Positions 1-10,525 of a stretch of 64,000 nt of DNA are shown in pieces (within the stretch, counting starts at the first letter, position 1; the number at the start of each line of letters is the position of its first letter). Source of the stretch: Candidatus Epulonipiscium sp. Lineage in GTDB: Bacteria > Bacillota > Clostridia > Lachnospirales > Defluviitaleaceae. The DNA is taken from assembly GCA_012518815.1 (NCBI GenBank), contig JAAYRK010000082.1:2465-66464 (forward strand), given 5' to 3'. Under the pieces are notes generated by a model that saw only the letters and a program-made list of their open reading frames with translations, was not told where the DNA came from and did not search any database. Position numbers and translations under genes: made by a program.

Positions 1-529
1 TCTTATTTATATCTCCTACAAGGCGTACACTAGGAAGACTTAAGCGCTCTTTAACAAATAATGCATAATCCTTAAGCTTAAGAGGCTTTTTTAATGTTCC
101 TATCCTTCCCATACCGTATTTTCCGTCTTCCACTTCAAAAATTTCTTCTAGTAAGGATATATTTTCTAGCTCCAATAATTTTGCTAGTGTATCATTTGTA
201 CCCCCATAGGCAATATCAAGATTGGTATGGGCACTATATAGACCAATGTTGTTTTGTATGAGGTTATAAATACTTTCCCCTAAGGGCTTATCCCTTGTAA
301 TGGATTTTATAGCTTTAAATATTAAAGGATGATGGGTAATTATTAAATCAGCTTTTAATTTTATAGCTTCATCAATTACTTCTGGAACAGCATCTAAAGC
401 AACTAAAACAGTATTTATTTCTTCTTCAGGGTCTCCTATTAATAAACCAACGTTATCCCATTCTTCTGCTAAATTTTCTTGAGCTAAATCATTCATTTTT
501 CTAATAATATCTTTACACTTTACAGCCAT
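1..529 (-). CDS. Nif3-like dinuclear metal centre protein (YqfO / GTP cyclohydrolase 1 type 2 homologue), N-terminal part; the gene runs off the left edge
   Basis: My translation from the ATG at 529 reads MAVKCKDIIRKMNDLAQENLAEEWDNVGLLIGDPEEE...ADLIITHHPLIFKAIKSITRD, a Nif3-type N-terminus. It follows trmK as yqfN-yqfO does in Bacillus subtilis and overlaps the trmK stop by 10 nt. Confidence 0.8.
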   Translation of the reverse strand, partial: MAVKCKDIIRKMNDLAQENLAEEWDNVGLLIGDPEEEINTVLVALDAVPEVIDEAIKLKADLIITHHPLIFKAIKSITRDKPLGESIYNLIQNNIGLYSAHTNLDIAYGGTNDTLAKLLELENISLLEEIFEVEDGKYGMGRIGTLKKPLKLKDYALFVKERLSLPSVRLVGDINK

Positions 530-1209
530 TTTAGCACCTCTTCACAAAGTTTAATATCTTTTTCGATTTCCTTTTTTCTTTTTATAGCATGATTAGTTAA
601 AGATTCATTTAGCAGTCTTAATAGATTATTTAACTTATTTATTTCTTCTTTTATGTACTGTTTTAATAGGGGATCTTTTTTTTCAATAAGTATTTTACCA
701 TATAAATAAAATATTTCTTTCTCATACTTTTCTTTGCCTGCTTCTGATGTGATAATCCAATAGTATTTGTTTTCTTCATAAACAAGCTGTTCATTAATTA
801 TTTTATAATTAATGCTATGCAAATATTTTCTTAGTTCTTTTTGATCCAATTGAGCTTGAAGTATAAGCCTTTTTATAGATTTAAGAATATCTGGCCTTTT
901 CTTAAGAATATCGATAATAAGCATTCCACCCATACCAGCTAAAATAATCGTGTCCACTTCATTTTCTTTTAAGACTTCCAGGCCATTTCCTAATCTTGTT
1001 TCAATAATTGCATCTGCATTATTTTTGATAATATTATTATTGGCTTTTTCAAGAGGTCCCTTGTTAATATCAGAAGCAATTGCTTTTTTGATCCTTTTAT
1101 TCTTAAACAAATAAATGGGCAAATAAGCATGGTCTGTTCCTATATCTGCAATTTTAGAATTTGGGGGAACTTCTTTTGCTACTGCAAATAGGCGTTTTGA
1201 TAAATTCAT
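520..1209 (-). CDS. trmK: tRNA (adenine(22)-N(1))-methyltransferase TrmK
   Basis: 229-aa ORF with KIADIGTDHAYLPIYL and a SAM-methyltransferase core typical of TrmK/YqfN. It lies between sigA and nif3, as in Bacillus. Confidence 0.85.
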   Translation of the reverse strand: MNLSKRLFAVAKEVPPNSKIADIGTDHAYLPIYLFKNKRIKKAIASDINKGPLEKANNNIIKNNADAIIETRLGNGLEVLKENEVDTIILAGMGGMLIIDILKKRPDILKSIKRLILQAQLDQKELRKYLHSINYKIINEQLVYEENKYYWIITSEAGKEKYEKEIFYLYGKILIEKKDPLLKQYIKEEINKLNNLLRLLNESLTNHAIKRKKEIEKDIKLCEEVLKWL

Positions 1210-1270
1210 AGACTCCTCCTACAATAATTCGTCAATAATATGATATCTTTTTAATAAATTTCTTAATTAA

Positions 1271-1299
1271 GAAAAAGAAGTTGATTGCAGTCAACTTCT
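1271..1299 (-). terminator. Rho-independent terminator after sigA
   Basis: Hairpin agaagttga-ttgcag-tcaacttct (1276-1299) starts at the sigA stop codon and is followed by a U-run on the minus strand (plus-strand A-run 1272-1276). Confidence 0.75.
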
Positions 1300-2377
1300 A
1301 TTCTAAATAATCTTTTAATTTTTTACTTCTACTAGGATGTCTAAGCTTTCGCAGGGCCTTAGCTTCAATTTGTCTAATTCTTTCTCTTGTCACATTAAAT
1401 ACTCTTCCTACTTCTTCTAAAGTTCTTGCCCTGCCATCATCTAAACCAAATCTAAGTCTTAGAACCCTTTGTTCCCTATCTGTTAGGGTATCTAAAACAT
1501 CTATAAGCTGTTCTTTTAAAAGAGTAAAAGCTGCTGCTTCAGAAGGTACTGGCACATCTTCATCAGGAATGAAATCTCCTAAATGACTATCTTCCTCTTC
1601 TCCAATAGGAGTTTCCAAGGAAACAGGTTCTTGTGCTATTTTAATAATTTCACGAACCTTTGAAACAGGCATGTCCATTTCTTTTGCAATTTCTTCAGGT
1701 TGAGGCTCCCGGCCCAACTCTTGGAGCAATTGTCTGGACACCCGTATTAATTTATTAATTGTTTCTACCATATGAACAGGTATGCGGATTGTTCGTGCTT
1801 GGTCTGCAATTGCTCTTGTAATAGCTTGACGAATCCACCATGTCGCATATGTACTAAATTTAAATCCTTTGCGGTAATCAAATTTTTCTACAGCTTTAAT
1901 AAGACCTAAATTACCTTCTTGGATTAAATCCAAAAATAGCATACCTCGGCCAACATATCTTTTGGCAATACTAACAACCAATCTTAAGTTAGCTTCTGCA
2001 AGCTTTCTTTTTGCTTCCTCGTCACCATTTTCCATTCTAATTGCCAATTCAATTTCTTCTTCTGCTGTTAAAAGAGGAACTTTACCTATTTCTTTTAAGT
2101 ACATTCGAACCGGATCATCAATATTAATCCCTTCAGGAAGACTTAAGTCTAATTCATCTTCTATGACTTCTTCTTCCTCATCTTCTATAATGCCTAAGAC
2201 ATCAATATTTTGTCTTTCTAAGTATTCATATATTTTCTCGATTTTTTCCGGTTCTAATTCCATATCGGAAAAATAATCCATTATTTCTTTGTATTCAAGG
2301 ACACCCTTTTTTTGTTTAGCTAATGCGACTAATTCTTTCAAACGTGTCAAAAATTTATTTTGTTCGCCTGTTTTCAC
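1298..2377 (-). CDS. sigA: RNA polymerase primary sigma factor SigA/RpoD
   Basis: 359 aa with sigma-70 regions 2-4 readable ([41 protein letters not shown]; [32 protein letters not shown]). It sits immediately downstream of dnaG. Confidence 0.97.
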   Translation of the reverse strand: MKTGEQNKFLTRLKELVALAKQKKGVLEYKEIMDYFSDMELEPEKIEKIYEYLERQNIDVLGIIEDEEEEVIEDELDLSLPEGINIDDPVRMYLKEIGKVPLLTAEEEIELAIRMENGDEEAKRKLAEANLRLVVSIAKRYVGRGMLFLDLIQEGNLGLIKAVEKFDYRKGFKFSTYATWWIRQAITRAIADQARTIRIPVHMVETINKLIRVSRQLLQELGREPQPEEIAKEMDMPVSKVREIIKIAQEPVSLETPIGEEEDSHLGDFIPDEDVPVPSEAAAFTLLKEQLIDVLDTLTDREQRVLRLRFGLDDGRARTLEEVGRVFNVTRERIRQIEAKALRKLRHPSRSKKLKDYLE

Positions 2378-2406
2378 GCAGATTCCTTCCTTTCCTGTCT
2401 ACTATT

Positions 2407-4209
2407 TTAACCACTTATAATGTTAATATACAACTTTTCTAATTGCTTTTTTTGCTCTATAAGAGCTTGTATTTCATATATATCCGTAGTAGTTCTACTT
2501 TTTAAATCAATATTTGCTTTTTTAATGAGTTTTATCTGATCGTTTATTGCTTTTTCAACATCGTATTCCTTATCATCATTTTTTTCTTCATTAAATATGA
2601 AAGAAACTTGATTTTGCTCTTCTACACTTTCGAAATGATTAATTATCTTAGCAGCTTCTATACTATTGTCCTTATCGTATGCTTGATAAATTAACATAGC
2701 TGCCTTTGAAAAAGTTGGATCAATAAATTCAGAAAATGATAAATGCTCTTTTATTATTTGAAAAATAGACTCATTTTTACTTATTACTCTAAGAATATTT
2801 AACTGTGCTTTATACAATCCATCTTTTTCATCTATTCTATTAGAAATTGAACTCTTTTGCTCTTCTTTAGATTCATTTGGCAAACTAGAAAATTTATTAT
2901 GCCTATTAATTCTTTTATTTCTTTCTCTCGCCTTCTTAATTTCTTCGAAAATTGATTCTTTTGATATCCCTGTCTCTTCTGCAATTTGTGTTAAATAAAC
3001 TTCCATTTCAATAGAATTATTTAATTTTGATAGTATGTTAGCAACTTCCATAGTAAACTGTATTTTTTGTTCTACATCTTCGATATCGTATTTTTTCTTT
3101 ATTAGGTTAACTTGAAACATAACTGAACTTAATGCTTTCATAATTAAATCCCGGAATGCTTCTGCACCTTTTTCCTTTATAAAGTCATCAGGATCTTTTT
3201 CTCCCGGAATTTGCAGTACCCTTATTTTTAAACCAACAGAAGATAAAATAGGCATTGCTCTTAAGGCAGCTTTAATTCCTGCAGCATCGCTATCATAAAC
3301 CAATACTACTTCATTGGTATAACGCTTTAATAAAGCAGCATGCTGATAATTAAATGCTGTCCCCAAGGACGCTACTACATTTTTAAATCCTGCTTGGTAT
3401 AAAGAAATAACATCCATATAACCTTCTACAATTAAAATATTCTCTTCCTTGGCAGTTCTAGCATAATTTAAGCCATACAGGTTTTTACTTTTGTCAAATA
3501 GAATAGTCTCTGGAGAATTCATATATTTAGGCAGACTGTCATCTAATACTCTTCCACCAAATCCGATTATATTGTTATGAACATCAAATATAGGAAACAT
3601 TATCCTATCTCTAAATCTGTCAATATAACCTTTTCCCTTTTTCCGCGGGATGATTAAACCACTTATTAACATCATTTCTTCGCTATAACCTTTATATAAT
3701 AAATACTTATATAAATCCGCATAATCGGCATTTGCATAACCTATTCCGAACAGTTTCCGTATCTTATCTTTAACTTTTCTAGACCGCAAATATTCATCTG
3801 CTAGCTTTCCCCTTTGAGATTGTAAATTTGAATAAAAATATTTAGCAGTTTCTTTGTGTATATTGAGAACAATTTCTCTTTCCTTTAGCTCTTTTTTAAC
3901 TTCCTCAGAGTATTCTGCTTGCGGCAAATCAATATTAGCTCTAGCAGCTAAGTACTTAACAGCGTCTACAAAGCTGTAGTTCTCCATTTGCATAATAAAT
4001 GTAAAAACATTTCCTCCTGACTGACATCCGAAGCAATAATACATTTGCTTATCAGGACTTACTGAAAAAGACGGCGTGTCCTCATTATGAAAAGGACATA
4101 ATCCAAAATGAGAACTACCTTGTTTTTTTAACCTTACATATTCAGAAACTACATCAACCAAATCATTCCGGCTGAGGATTTCTTCAATTATTTCTTCTGG
4201 ATAATACAT
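2407..4209 (-). CDS. dnaG: DNA primase DnaG
   Basis: 600 aa with a zinc ribbon (CPFHNEDTPSFSVSPDKQMYYCFGCQSGGNVFTF) and a TOPRIM region (ILIVEGYMDVISL, VLVYDSDAAG). Confidence 0.97.
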   Translation of the reverse strand: MYYPEEIIEEILSRNDLVDVVSEYVRLKKQGSSHFGLCPFHNEDTPSFSVSPDKQMYYCFGCQSGGNVFTFIMQMENYSFVDAVKYLAARANIDLPQAEYSEEVKKELKEREIVLNIHKETAKYFYSNLQSQRGKLADEYLRSRKVKDKIRKLFGIGYANADYADLYKYLLYKGYSEEMMLISGLIIPRKKGKGYIDRFRDRIMFPIFDVHNNIIGFGGRVLDDSLPKYMNSPETILFDKSKNLYGLNYARTAKEENILIVEGYMDVISLYQAGFKNVVASLGTAFNYQHAALLKRYTNEVVLVYDSDAAGIKAALRAMPILSSVGLKIRVLQIPGEKDPDDFIKEKGAEAFRDLIMKALSSVMFQVNLIKKKYDIEDVEQKIQFTMEVANILSKLNNSIEMEVYLTQIAEETGISKESIFEEIKKARERNKRINRHNKFSSLPNESKEEQKSSISNRIDEKDGLYKAQLNILRVISKNESIFQIIKEHLSFSEFIDPTFSKAAMLIYQAYDKDNSIEAAKIINHFESVEEQNQVSFIFNEEKNDDKEYDVEKAINDQIKLIKKANIDLKSRTTTDIYEIQALIEQKKQLEKLYINIISG

Positions 4210-4332
4210 GTTGCTCCCCTATCTTTCGTGCTAACATATATTTTTCGACATAATTTCTTTAAATCCTTTTTTATAATGCCTAATTAAAAAAATTTGTTTA
4301 ATATACATAAAAAATTAGATTGAAATAAATAT

Positions 4333-4791
4333 TTATTGAACAAGTTTCTTTTCTTTTATAAGTTTTATTAAATTTTGCTCAAATTTGAAATTATCACTTT
4401 CTTTTCTTTTAGGAGGGCCTTTTACCCTTCCTTTCATTTTTCTAATCTCAGCAGATAGATGCCTATTATACAATAGAATGTCCATTTTTTCATTTAAATA
4501 TATATATCCATTAGTTGAAATTGCACTTGCACCCTTGGATAAAACCAAGGCAGCTAAACCATAATCCTGTGTAACAATAATATCATCCTTATCAATAAAA
4601 TTTATAATTGCCATATCTGCTGCCTGAGGCTCTGAATCTACAATTTTGTACTCCATATTATATTTTTCATTAGGTATATGGCAATAACTACAGAATAAAA
4701 TAGCCTCAATATTATATTCTCTTGATACTTTTTCGATTATATTAATAACCGGACAGCTATCACCATCAATAATAATCCGGGTCTTATACAT
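4333..4791 (-). CDS. yqxD: YaiI/YqxD family protein (UPF0178, DUF188)
   Basis: IIIDGDSCPV N-terminus and ADMAIINFIDKDDIIVTQDYGLAALVL are typical of DUF188. It lies upstream of dnaG as in B. subtilis. I prefer the start at MYKTRIIIDGD (4791), which removes the overlap with the upstream gene; the track start is 4839. Confidence 0.8.
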   Translation of the reverse strand: MYKTRIIIDGDSCPVINIIEKVSREYNIEAILFCSYCHIPNEKYNMEYKIVDSEPQAADMAIINFIDKDDIIVTQDYGLAALVLSKGASAISTNGYIYLNEKMDILLYNRHLSAEIRKMKGRVKGPPKRKESDNFKFEQNLIKLIKEKKLVQ

Positions 4792-4801
4792 TAATTCCCT
4801 C

Positions 4802-5824
4802 CTAATAAATGCTCCATGATGAGGGTACATATATTTCACAGTATTTATTTATAGCATACCTATCTGTCATCCCTGCAATATAATCACAAACTATTCTTTC
4901 CAAATCTTCATTTTTGCCTTCATAAATCAAATAAAAATCTTCGGGAATATCAGAAGGATTATTAATAAAATAATTATAAAGTTCTTTTACAATATACTGT
5001 GCTTTTTCCTCCTGCTCCTTTGCCTTTGAACCTATGTATACATTAGTAAACATGAATTTTCTTAATTTCTTCATACTTTCTTCTACTTCAGGACTCATTT
5101 TAATATAAGGCTTATTTATACTGTTCTCAACAATATCATGGATCATTGTGTTAATTCTTTCTGTAAAAGTTTTTCCTAGGACTTCAATGCAATCTTTTGG
5201 CAGTTCTTCTTCTCTTAATACTTGCCCTCGTATGGCATCATCAATATCATGATTTATATAAGCAATCTTATCTGAAATTTGAACAATTTTTCCCTCTAAA
5301 GTACCTGGGCTTCCTTTGCTAGGATGATTTAATATTCCATCACGAACTTCCCAGGAAAGATTTAATCCTTTACCGTTCTTTTCAAGAAAATTAACTACTC
5401 TAAGACTTTGCTCATAATGTTTAAAGCCAAGGGGACATACTTCATTTAATATTTCTTCCCCTGCATGACCAAAAGGAGTGTGCCCAAGGTCATGAGCCAA
5501 AGCAATAGCTTCAGTCAAATCTTCATTTAAAAATAAAGCTTTTGCTATGGTTCTTGCAATTTGTGCAACCTCTAAAGTATGAGTAAGTCTTGTACGATAA
5601 TGATCTCCTTCTGGAGTAATAAAAACTTGTGTTTTATGTTTTAATCTTCTAAAGGATTTACAATGTATGATTCTATCCCTATCTCTTTGAAAGTCTGTCC
5701 TAATGCTACATTTTTCTTCGTCAAGAAGTCTTCCTTTACTCTCTGCAGCTTTTGTTGCATAGGGACTTAATAAATCATATTCTTTTTTTTCTTGAATCTC
5801 CCTAAGAAGCAAAGAAGTCACCAC
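4802..5824 (-). CDS. dGTP triphosphohydrolase-like HD-domain protein
   Basis: 340 aa with FQRDRDRIIHCKSFRRLKHKTQVF, RLTHTLEVAQIART and HDLGHTPFGH (HD motif). The start is a GTG with no clear RBS, so the start is uncertain. Confidence 0.85.
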   Translation of the reverse strand: MVTSLLLREIQEKKEYDLLSPYATKAAESKGRLLDEEKCSIRTDFQRDRDRIIHCKSFRRLKHKTQVFITPEGDHYRTRLTHTLEVAQIARTIAKALFLNEDLTEAIALAHDLGHTPFGHAGEEILNEVCPLGFKHYEQSLRVVNFLEKNGKGLNLSWEVRDGILNHPSKGSPGTLEGKIVQISDKIAYINHDIDDAIRGQVLREEELPKDCIEVLGKTFTERINTMIHDIVENSINKPYIKMSPEVEESMKKLRKFMFTNVYIGSKAKEQEEKAQYIVKELYNYFINNPSDIPEDFYLIYEGKNEDLERIVCDYIAGMTDRYAINKYCEIYVPSSWSIY

Positions 5825-5923
5825 CTATTTTTAATAAATATTAAAGTTCTCTATATCTAATATATACTACATCTTTTTTCAAAATCCTTCAAAACACCTA
5901 AAATAAAAAAGCTTTATTAATAA

Positions 5924-5968
5924 TTAAAGGGTATTACCCTTTAATTTAAGGCAATACCCTTTTTTTTA
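5924..5968. terminator. Terminator region downstream of ppdK (alternative hairpins flanked by A- and T-runs)
   Basis: Palindrome ttaaagggta-t-taccctttaa, plus GGGTATT(5929-5935)/AATACCC(5953-5959) arms followed by T8. Which hairpin forms is unclear. Confidence 0.55.
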
Positions 5969-5975
5969 ATATTTA

Positions 5976-8603
5976 TTATCTAGGATTATTTACTTGAGCT
6001 TGTGCCGCAGCTAATCTTGCAATTGGCACTCTAAATGGTGAACATGATACATAATCTAAACCTAATTTATGACAGAATTCAATTGATGAAGGATCTCCAC
6101 CATGCTCTCCACAAATTCCTAATTTAATATCTGGTCTAGTTGAACGACCTTTTTCAACTGCAATTTCTACTAATGCACCTACACCAGTTTGGTCTAATCT
6201 CTCAAATGGATCAGATTCATAAATTTGTTTTTCATAGTAATCTTCTAAGAATTTACCAGCATCGTCTCTTGAGAATCCAAAGGTCATTTGAGTTAAGTCA
6301 TTTGTTCCAAATGAGAAGAATTCTGCTTCTTGTGCAATTTGGTCTGCAGTAACTGCTGCTCTTGGGATTTCAATCATAGTACCCACTTTATATTCTAAAT
6401 CTACATTTGCTTCTTTGATTACTTCGTCAGCTGTTTGTACAACAACAGATTTAATAAATTGTAATTCTTTAATTTCTCCTATTAATGGAATCATAATTTC
6501 AGGAACTACATCATATCCTTTATTCTTTTTAACTGCTACAGCAGCTTCAATAATTGCTCTAGTTTGCATTTCTGCAATTTCAGGATATGATACAGCCAAA
6601 CGACATCCTCTATGACCCATCATTGGGTTGAATTCATGTAAGGATTCAACAGTTGCTTTTAATTCTTCAAAAGTAATTCCCATGTCTTTTGCTAAAGCTC
6701 TGATATCATCATCTTCATGAGGTAAGAATTCATGAAGTGGTGGGTCAAGAAGACGGATAGTTACAGGACGTCCTTCCATTGCTTCGAAAATTCCAGCAAA
6801 GTCTTCTCTTTGTACTGGAAGTAACTCATCTAGTGCTTTTCTTCTATCTTCTTCAGTTTTTGATAAAATCATTTTACGTACTTTTGGAATACGGTCTTCT
6901 TCGAAGAACATATGCTCTGTACGAGTCAATCCTATTCCTTCAGCACCAAATTCTATTGCATTTCTAGCATCTTTAGGTGTGTCTGCATTTGTTCTGATTT
7001 GAAGTTTTCTTACTTTATCAGCCCATGCCATAAATTTAGCAAAATCTCCGGATATTTCAGGATCTACTGTAGGAATATCTTCTCCATAAACATTACCAGT
7101 AGAACCATCTAAAGATATATAATCTCCTTCACGGATTGTTTTTCCGCCTAAGGTAAAGAATTTTTCTTCTTCATTAATCATAATTTCACCAAGACCGCAT
7201 ACACAGCATGTTCCCATTCCTCTTGCAACAACTGCAGCGTGAGAAGTCATACCACCACGTACTGTTAAAATACCTCTTGCTGCTGCCATTCCTTCAATAT
7301 CTTCAGGAGATGTTTCAAGACGAACTAAGATAACTCTTTCTCCTGCTTCTTTTGCATTTTTAGCATCTTCTGCAGTAAAGTATACTTTACCTGCAGCAGC
7401 TCCAGGAGATGCAGGAAGTCCTTTTCCTAATGGTTGAGCTTTCTTTAATGCATCTGCATCGAAAGCTGGGTGAAGAAGTTGGTCTAATTGTTTTGGATCA
7501 ACTTTTAGTAAAGCTTCTTCTTCATTAATTAAACCTTCGTCTACTAAATCAACAGCTATTTTTAATGCTGCTTTTGCAGTTCTTTTACCATTACGTGTTT
7601 GAAGGAAGTATAACTTTTTATTTTCAATGGTAAATTCCATATCTTGCATATCTTTATAATGGTTTTCTAGAGTTTGAGCAATTTCCATAAATTGTTTATA
7701 TGCTTCAGGCATATCTTCTTCTAAAGTTTTGATTGGTTTTGGAGTACGAATACCTGCAACAACGTCTTCACCTTGTGCATTAATTAAATACTCACCAAAG
7801 ATTTCTTTTTCTCCAGTTGCAGGGTTTCTAGTAAATGCTACACCTGTACCAGATGTCTCTCCCATATTACCAAATACCATCATTTGAACGTTAACAGCTG
7901 TTCCCCAGTTACCTGGTATGTCATTCATTCTTCTGTAAACAATTGCTCTAGGATTATTCCAAGAACGGAATACTGCAGTAACAGCTGCCATTAATTGCTC
8001 ATATGGATCTTGTGGGAAGTCTTCCCCTTTTTCTTCTTTATAAATAGCTTTAAATCTAGCAACAATATCTTTCATGTCTTCTGCTGATAAAGCAGAGTCA
8101 TCGCTTACGCCTTTACTTTCTTTAACTTCGTCAAGTATACTTTCAAATTTTGATTTTGCTATTTCCATAACAACATCTGAAAACATTTGAATAAATCTTC
8201 TGTAAGAGTCATATGCAAAACGAGGATTTTGAGTAGATTCTGCAATACCTTCAACAGCTTGGTCAGTTAAACCTAAGTTTAAAATTGTATCCATCATACC
8301 GGGCATAGAAGCTCTTGCACCTGAACGAACGGATAGTAATAAAGGATTTTTAGAATCTCCAAATTTTTTACCAGATATTTCTTCTAATTTAGCTAAGCAA
8401 TCTTTAATTTGTTCTACAACTTCATCAGCTATCTTCTTACCATCATCGTAGTATTTATTACAAGCTTCTGTGGTTACTGTGAAACCTTGTGGGATTGGTA
8501 ATCCCATTTTTGTCATTTCAGCAAGATTTGCACCCTTACCTCCAAGTAAATTTCTCATAGATGCATCGCCTTCGCTGAACATATAAACATACTTTTTGCT
8601 CAT
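5976..8603 (-). CDS. ppdK: Pyruvate, phosphate dikinase
   Basis: 875 aa with a PPDK N-terminus (LLGGKGANLAEMTKMGLPIPQGFTVTTEAC), the phosphohistidine region GGMTSHAAVVARGMG and a PEP-utilising C-terminal TIM barrel (FFSFGTNDLTQMTFG). Confidence 0.97.
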   Translation of the reverse strand: MSKKYVYMFSEGDASMRNLLGGKGANLAEMTKMGLPIPQGFTVTTEACNKYYDDGKKIADEVVEQIKDCLAKLEEISGKKFGDSKNPLLLSVRSGARASMPGMMDTILNLGLTDQAVEGIAESTQNPRFAYDSYRRFIQMFSDVVMEIAKSKFESILDEVKESKGVSDDSALSAEDMKDIVARFKAIYKEEKGEDFPQDPYEQLMAAVTAVFRSWNNPRAIVYRRMNDIPGNWGTAVNVQMMVFGNMGETSGTGVAFTRNPATGEKEIFGEYLINAQGEDVVAGIRTPKPIKTLEEDMPEAYKQFMEIAQTLENHYKDMQDMEFTIENKKLYFLQTRNGKRTAKAALKIAVDLVDEGLINEEEALLKVDPKQLDQLLHPAFDADALKKAQPLGKGLPASPGAAAGKVYFTAEDAKNAKEAGERVILVRLETSPEDIEGMAAARGILTVRGGMTSHAAVVARGMGTCCVCGLGEIMINEEEKFFTLGGKTIREGDYISLDGSTGNVYGEDIPTVDPEISGDFAKFMAWADKVRKLQIRTNADTPKDARNAIEFGAEGIGLTRTEHMFFEEDRIPKVRKMILSKTEEDRRKALDELLPVQREDFAGIFEAMEGRPVTIRLLDPPLHEFLPHEDDDIRALAKDMGITFEELKATVESLHEFNPMMGHRGCRLAVSYPEIAEMQTRAIIEAAVAVKKNKGYDVVPEIMIPLIGEIKELQFIKSVVVQTADEVIKEANVDLEYKVGTMIEIPRAAVTADQIAQEAEFFSFGTNDLTQMTFGFSRDDAGKFLEDYYEKQIYESDPFERLDQTGVGALVEIAVEKGRSTRPDIKLGICGEHGGDPSSIEFCHKLGLDYVSCSPFRVPIARLAAAQAQVNNPR

Positions 8604-8782
8604 TCTAATTAACCTCCTGTATATTAATTATTATTATTCTTTCGTAGAATAAACAAAACTATTTTTCTCCGAAAAATATGTCTTGTCTATGTAACTTGTC
8701 ATGTTTTGTCTATTCAACCGTAATAATTATATCATAAAACCTTAAAAAGAATAGGGTAAATTGAAATTTTTTTTGATAAGAT

Positions 8783-10165
8783 TTAAAAGTTTATTTTATT
8801 TTTTAAATAATCTTCCAAATCATCAATTTTTATTCTTTCTTGTTCCATCGTGTCACGATTTCTAATTGTAACAGAATTATCTTCTAGGGAATCAAAATCA
8901 TAAGTAATACAAAATGGTGTTCCTATTTCATCTTGTCTTCTATAACGTTTTCCAATACTGCCACTATCATCAAATTCCACATTAAATAGTTTTAACAATT
9001 TTTCATAAACTTTATACGCAGAATCTGAAAGTTTTTTAGATAATGGTAAAACTGCAGCCTTAATTGGTGCTATAGCAGGATGGAATCTTAATACAGTTCT
9101 TTTATCCCCATCTTGTAGTTCTTCTTCTTCATAAGCTTCACATAAGAATGCAAGAGTTACTCTGTCTACACCAACAGAAGGTTCAACACAATAAGGAATG
9201 TACTTTTGATTTGAATTAGGATCAAAATAACTCATGTCTTCCCCTGAATGCTCTTGATGCTGTTTTAAATCAAAATCCGTTCTATCTGCTATACCCCATA
9301 GCTCACCCCATCCAAAAGGAAATAAAAACTCAATATCAGTAGTTGCATTACTATAGTGAGATAATTCTTCTTCTGAATGGTCTCTCATTCGTAGATGTTC
9401 TTCTTTCATTCCTAATGATAAAAGCCAATTTTTACAATAGTCTTTCCAGTATTTAAACCATTCTAAATCTGTCCCTGGCTCACAGAAAAACTCTAACTCC
9501 ATTTGTTCAAATTCCCTGGTACGGAAAATAAAGTTACCTGGAGTAATTTCATTTCTAAAGGATTTTCCAATTTGAGCTATTCCAAAAGGAATCTTTTTTC
9601 TAGTTGTTCTTTGAACGTTTTTAAAATTAACAAAAATACCTTGAGCTGTTTCAGGACGAAGATATACTAAGTTTTTTGAATCCTCTGTAACACCTTGGAA
9701 AGTTTTAAACATAAGATTAAATTGTCTTATATCTGTAAAGTTATGTGCCCCACAACTTGGACATTTAATTTGATTTTCATCAATATATACCTTCATTTTA
9801 GCATTATCCCAACCATCAACAGAAAGATCTATTTCATTATCTTTTAAATAACTTTCTATCAATTGGTCAGCTCTAAATCTCTCTTTACATTCTTTACAGT
9901 CCATAAGAGGGTCATTAAAACCTCCAATATGTCCTGAAGCTTCCCATACTTTTGTATTCATTAAAATAGCACAATCCACACCTACATTATATGGGCTTTC
10001 TTGAACAAATTTTTTCCACCAAGCTTTTTTTACATTGTTCTTTAACTCTACACCTAAAGGCCCGTAATCCCAAGTATTAGATAAACCACCGTAAATATCA
10101 GAACCTGGATAGATAAAGCCTCTTGATTTAGCTAATGAAACAATTTGTTCCATTGATTTTTCCAT
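8783..10165 (-). CDS. glyQS: Glycine--tRNA ligase (single-chain GlyQS type)
   Basis: 460 aa of the class II GlyRS family ([48 protein letters not shown]). RBS AGGAGG lies 9 nt before the ATG, and a T-box leader lies upstream. Confidence 0.95.
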   Translation of the reverse strand: MEKSMEQIVSLAKSRGFIYPGSDIYGGLSNTWDYGPLGVELKNNVKKAWWKKFVQESPYNVGVDCAILMNTKVWEASGHIGGFNDPLMDCKECKERFRADQLIESYLKDNEIDLSVDGWDNAKMKVYIDENQIKCPSCGAHNFTDIRQFNLMFKTFQGVTEDSKNLVYLRPETAQGIFVNFKNVQRTTRKKIPFGIAQIGKSFRNEITPGNFIFRTREFEQMELEFFCEPGTDLEWFKYWKDYCKNWLLSLGMKEEHLRMRDHSEEELSHYSNATTDIEFLFPFGWGELWGIADRTDFDLKQHQEHSGEDMSYFDPNSNQKYIPYCVEPSVGVDRVTLAFLCEAYEEEELQDGDKRTVLRFHPAIAPIKAAVLPLSKKLSDSAYKVYEKLLKLFNVEFDDSGSIGKRYRRQDEIGTPFCITYDFDSLEDNSVTIRNRDTMEQERIKIDDLEDYLKNKINF

Positions 10166-10275
10166 TATTTACTGCCTCCTAATCAAAATTTTTATATTAT
10201 AAAAAACGACGACTTAGCCGCGTTTATTAAAGCTAATTTTTTTTAATCTAAAAGTATTTTATAATTTTAAGCAAT

Positions 10276-10465
10276 AAAAAAACCTAACATCTGTATAAGG
10301 GACGAAAGATTATTCTTCCGCGGTTCCACCCTTATTGATGCAAGGCATCCTCTCAATTAAATAAAATCTGCTCCAAAGCTCCCTTCACTAAATCTTTCTA
10401 CTGGACTCACACCATCTCCAGTTCGCTGAAAAGAAAGTAAAATAGCTACTCTTCTTTATCATCGC
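10276..10465 (-). promoter_or_regulatory. T-box riboswitch leader (tRNA-Gly responsive) of glyQS
   Basis: Read on the minus strand. Stem I base has a GA motif (gcgatgataaagaagagtagc) and a distal helix ACTGGA...TCCAGT. A specifier-loop candidate is AGTGAAGGGAGC (GGG/GGA, Gly). The T-box is AATAAGGGTGGAACCGCG. The antiterminator is ATAAGGG / bulge TGGAACC / GCGGAAGA-ataa-TCTTTCGT / CCCTTAT. An overlapping terminator is CCTTATAcagaTGTTAGG followed by U6-7. Confidence 0.85.
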
Positions 10466-10487
10466 AAATTATTATTAGATTATCATT

Positions 10488-10516
10488 AATCTAGCAAATT
10501 ACATTAGATTTGTCAA
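10488..10516 (-). promoter_or_regulatory. SigA-type promoter of the glyQS T-box leader
   Basis: Minus strand reads TTGACA - 17 nt - TAGATT, about 20 nt upstream of Stem I. Confidence 0.6.
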
Positions 10517-10525
10517 TATCGTTAA

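Noticed and set aside
1962-2276. 104-aa plus-strand ORF inside sigA. The same applies to 6140-6352, 6415-6615, 6779-6967 and 6912-7112 inside ppdK.
   Set aside because: These ORFs are antisense to strongly supported conserved genes. Their products are low-complexity Ser/Leu/Ile-rich sequences with no RBS. Open frames of this kind are expected in AT-rich DNA.
4244-4250. Perfect Spo0A 0A-box (TGTCGAA on the minus strand) upstream of dnaG-sigA.
   Set aside because: A single 7-mer is expected by chance many times in 64 kb, and there is no second box or supporting context.
10202-10232. Second hairpin plus U-run (aaacgcggctaagtcgtcgtttttt) between the T-box terminator and glyQS.
   Set aside because: I can draw only about 3 stable base pairs, so it is probably not a functional terminator.
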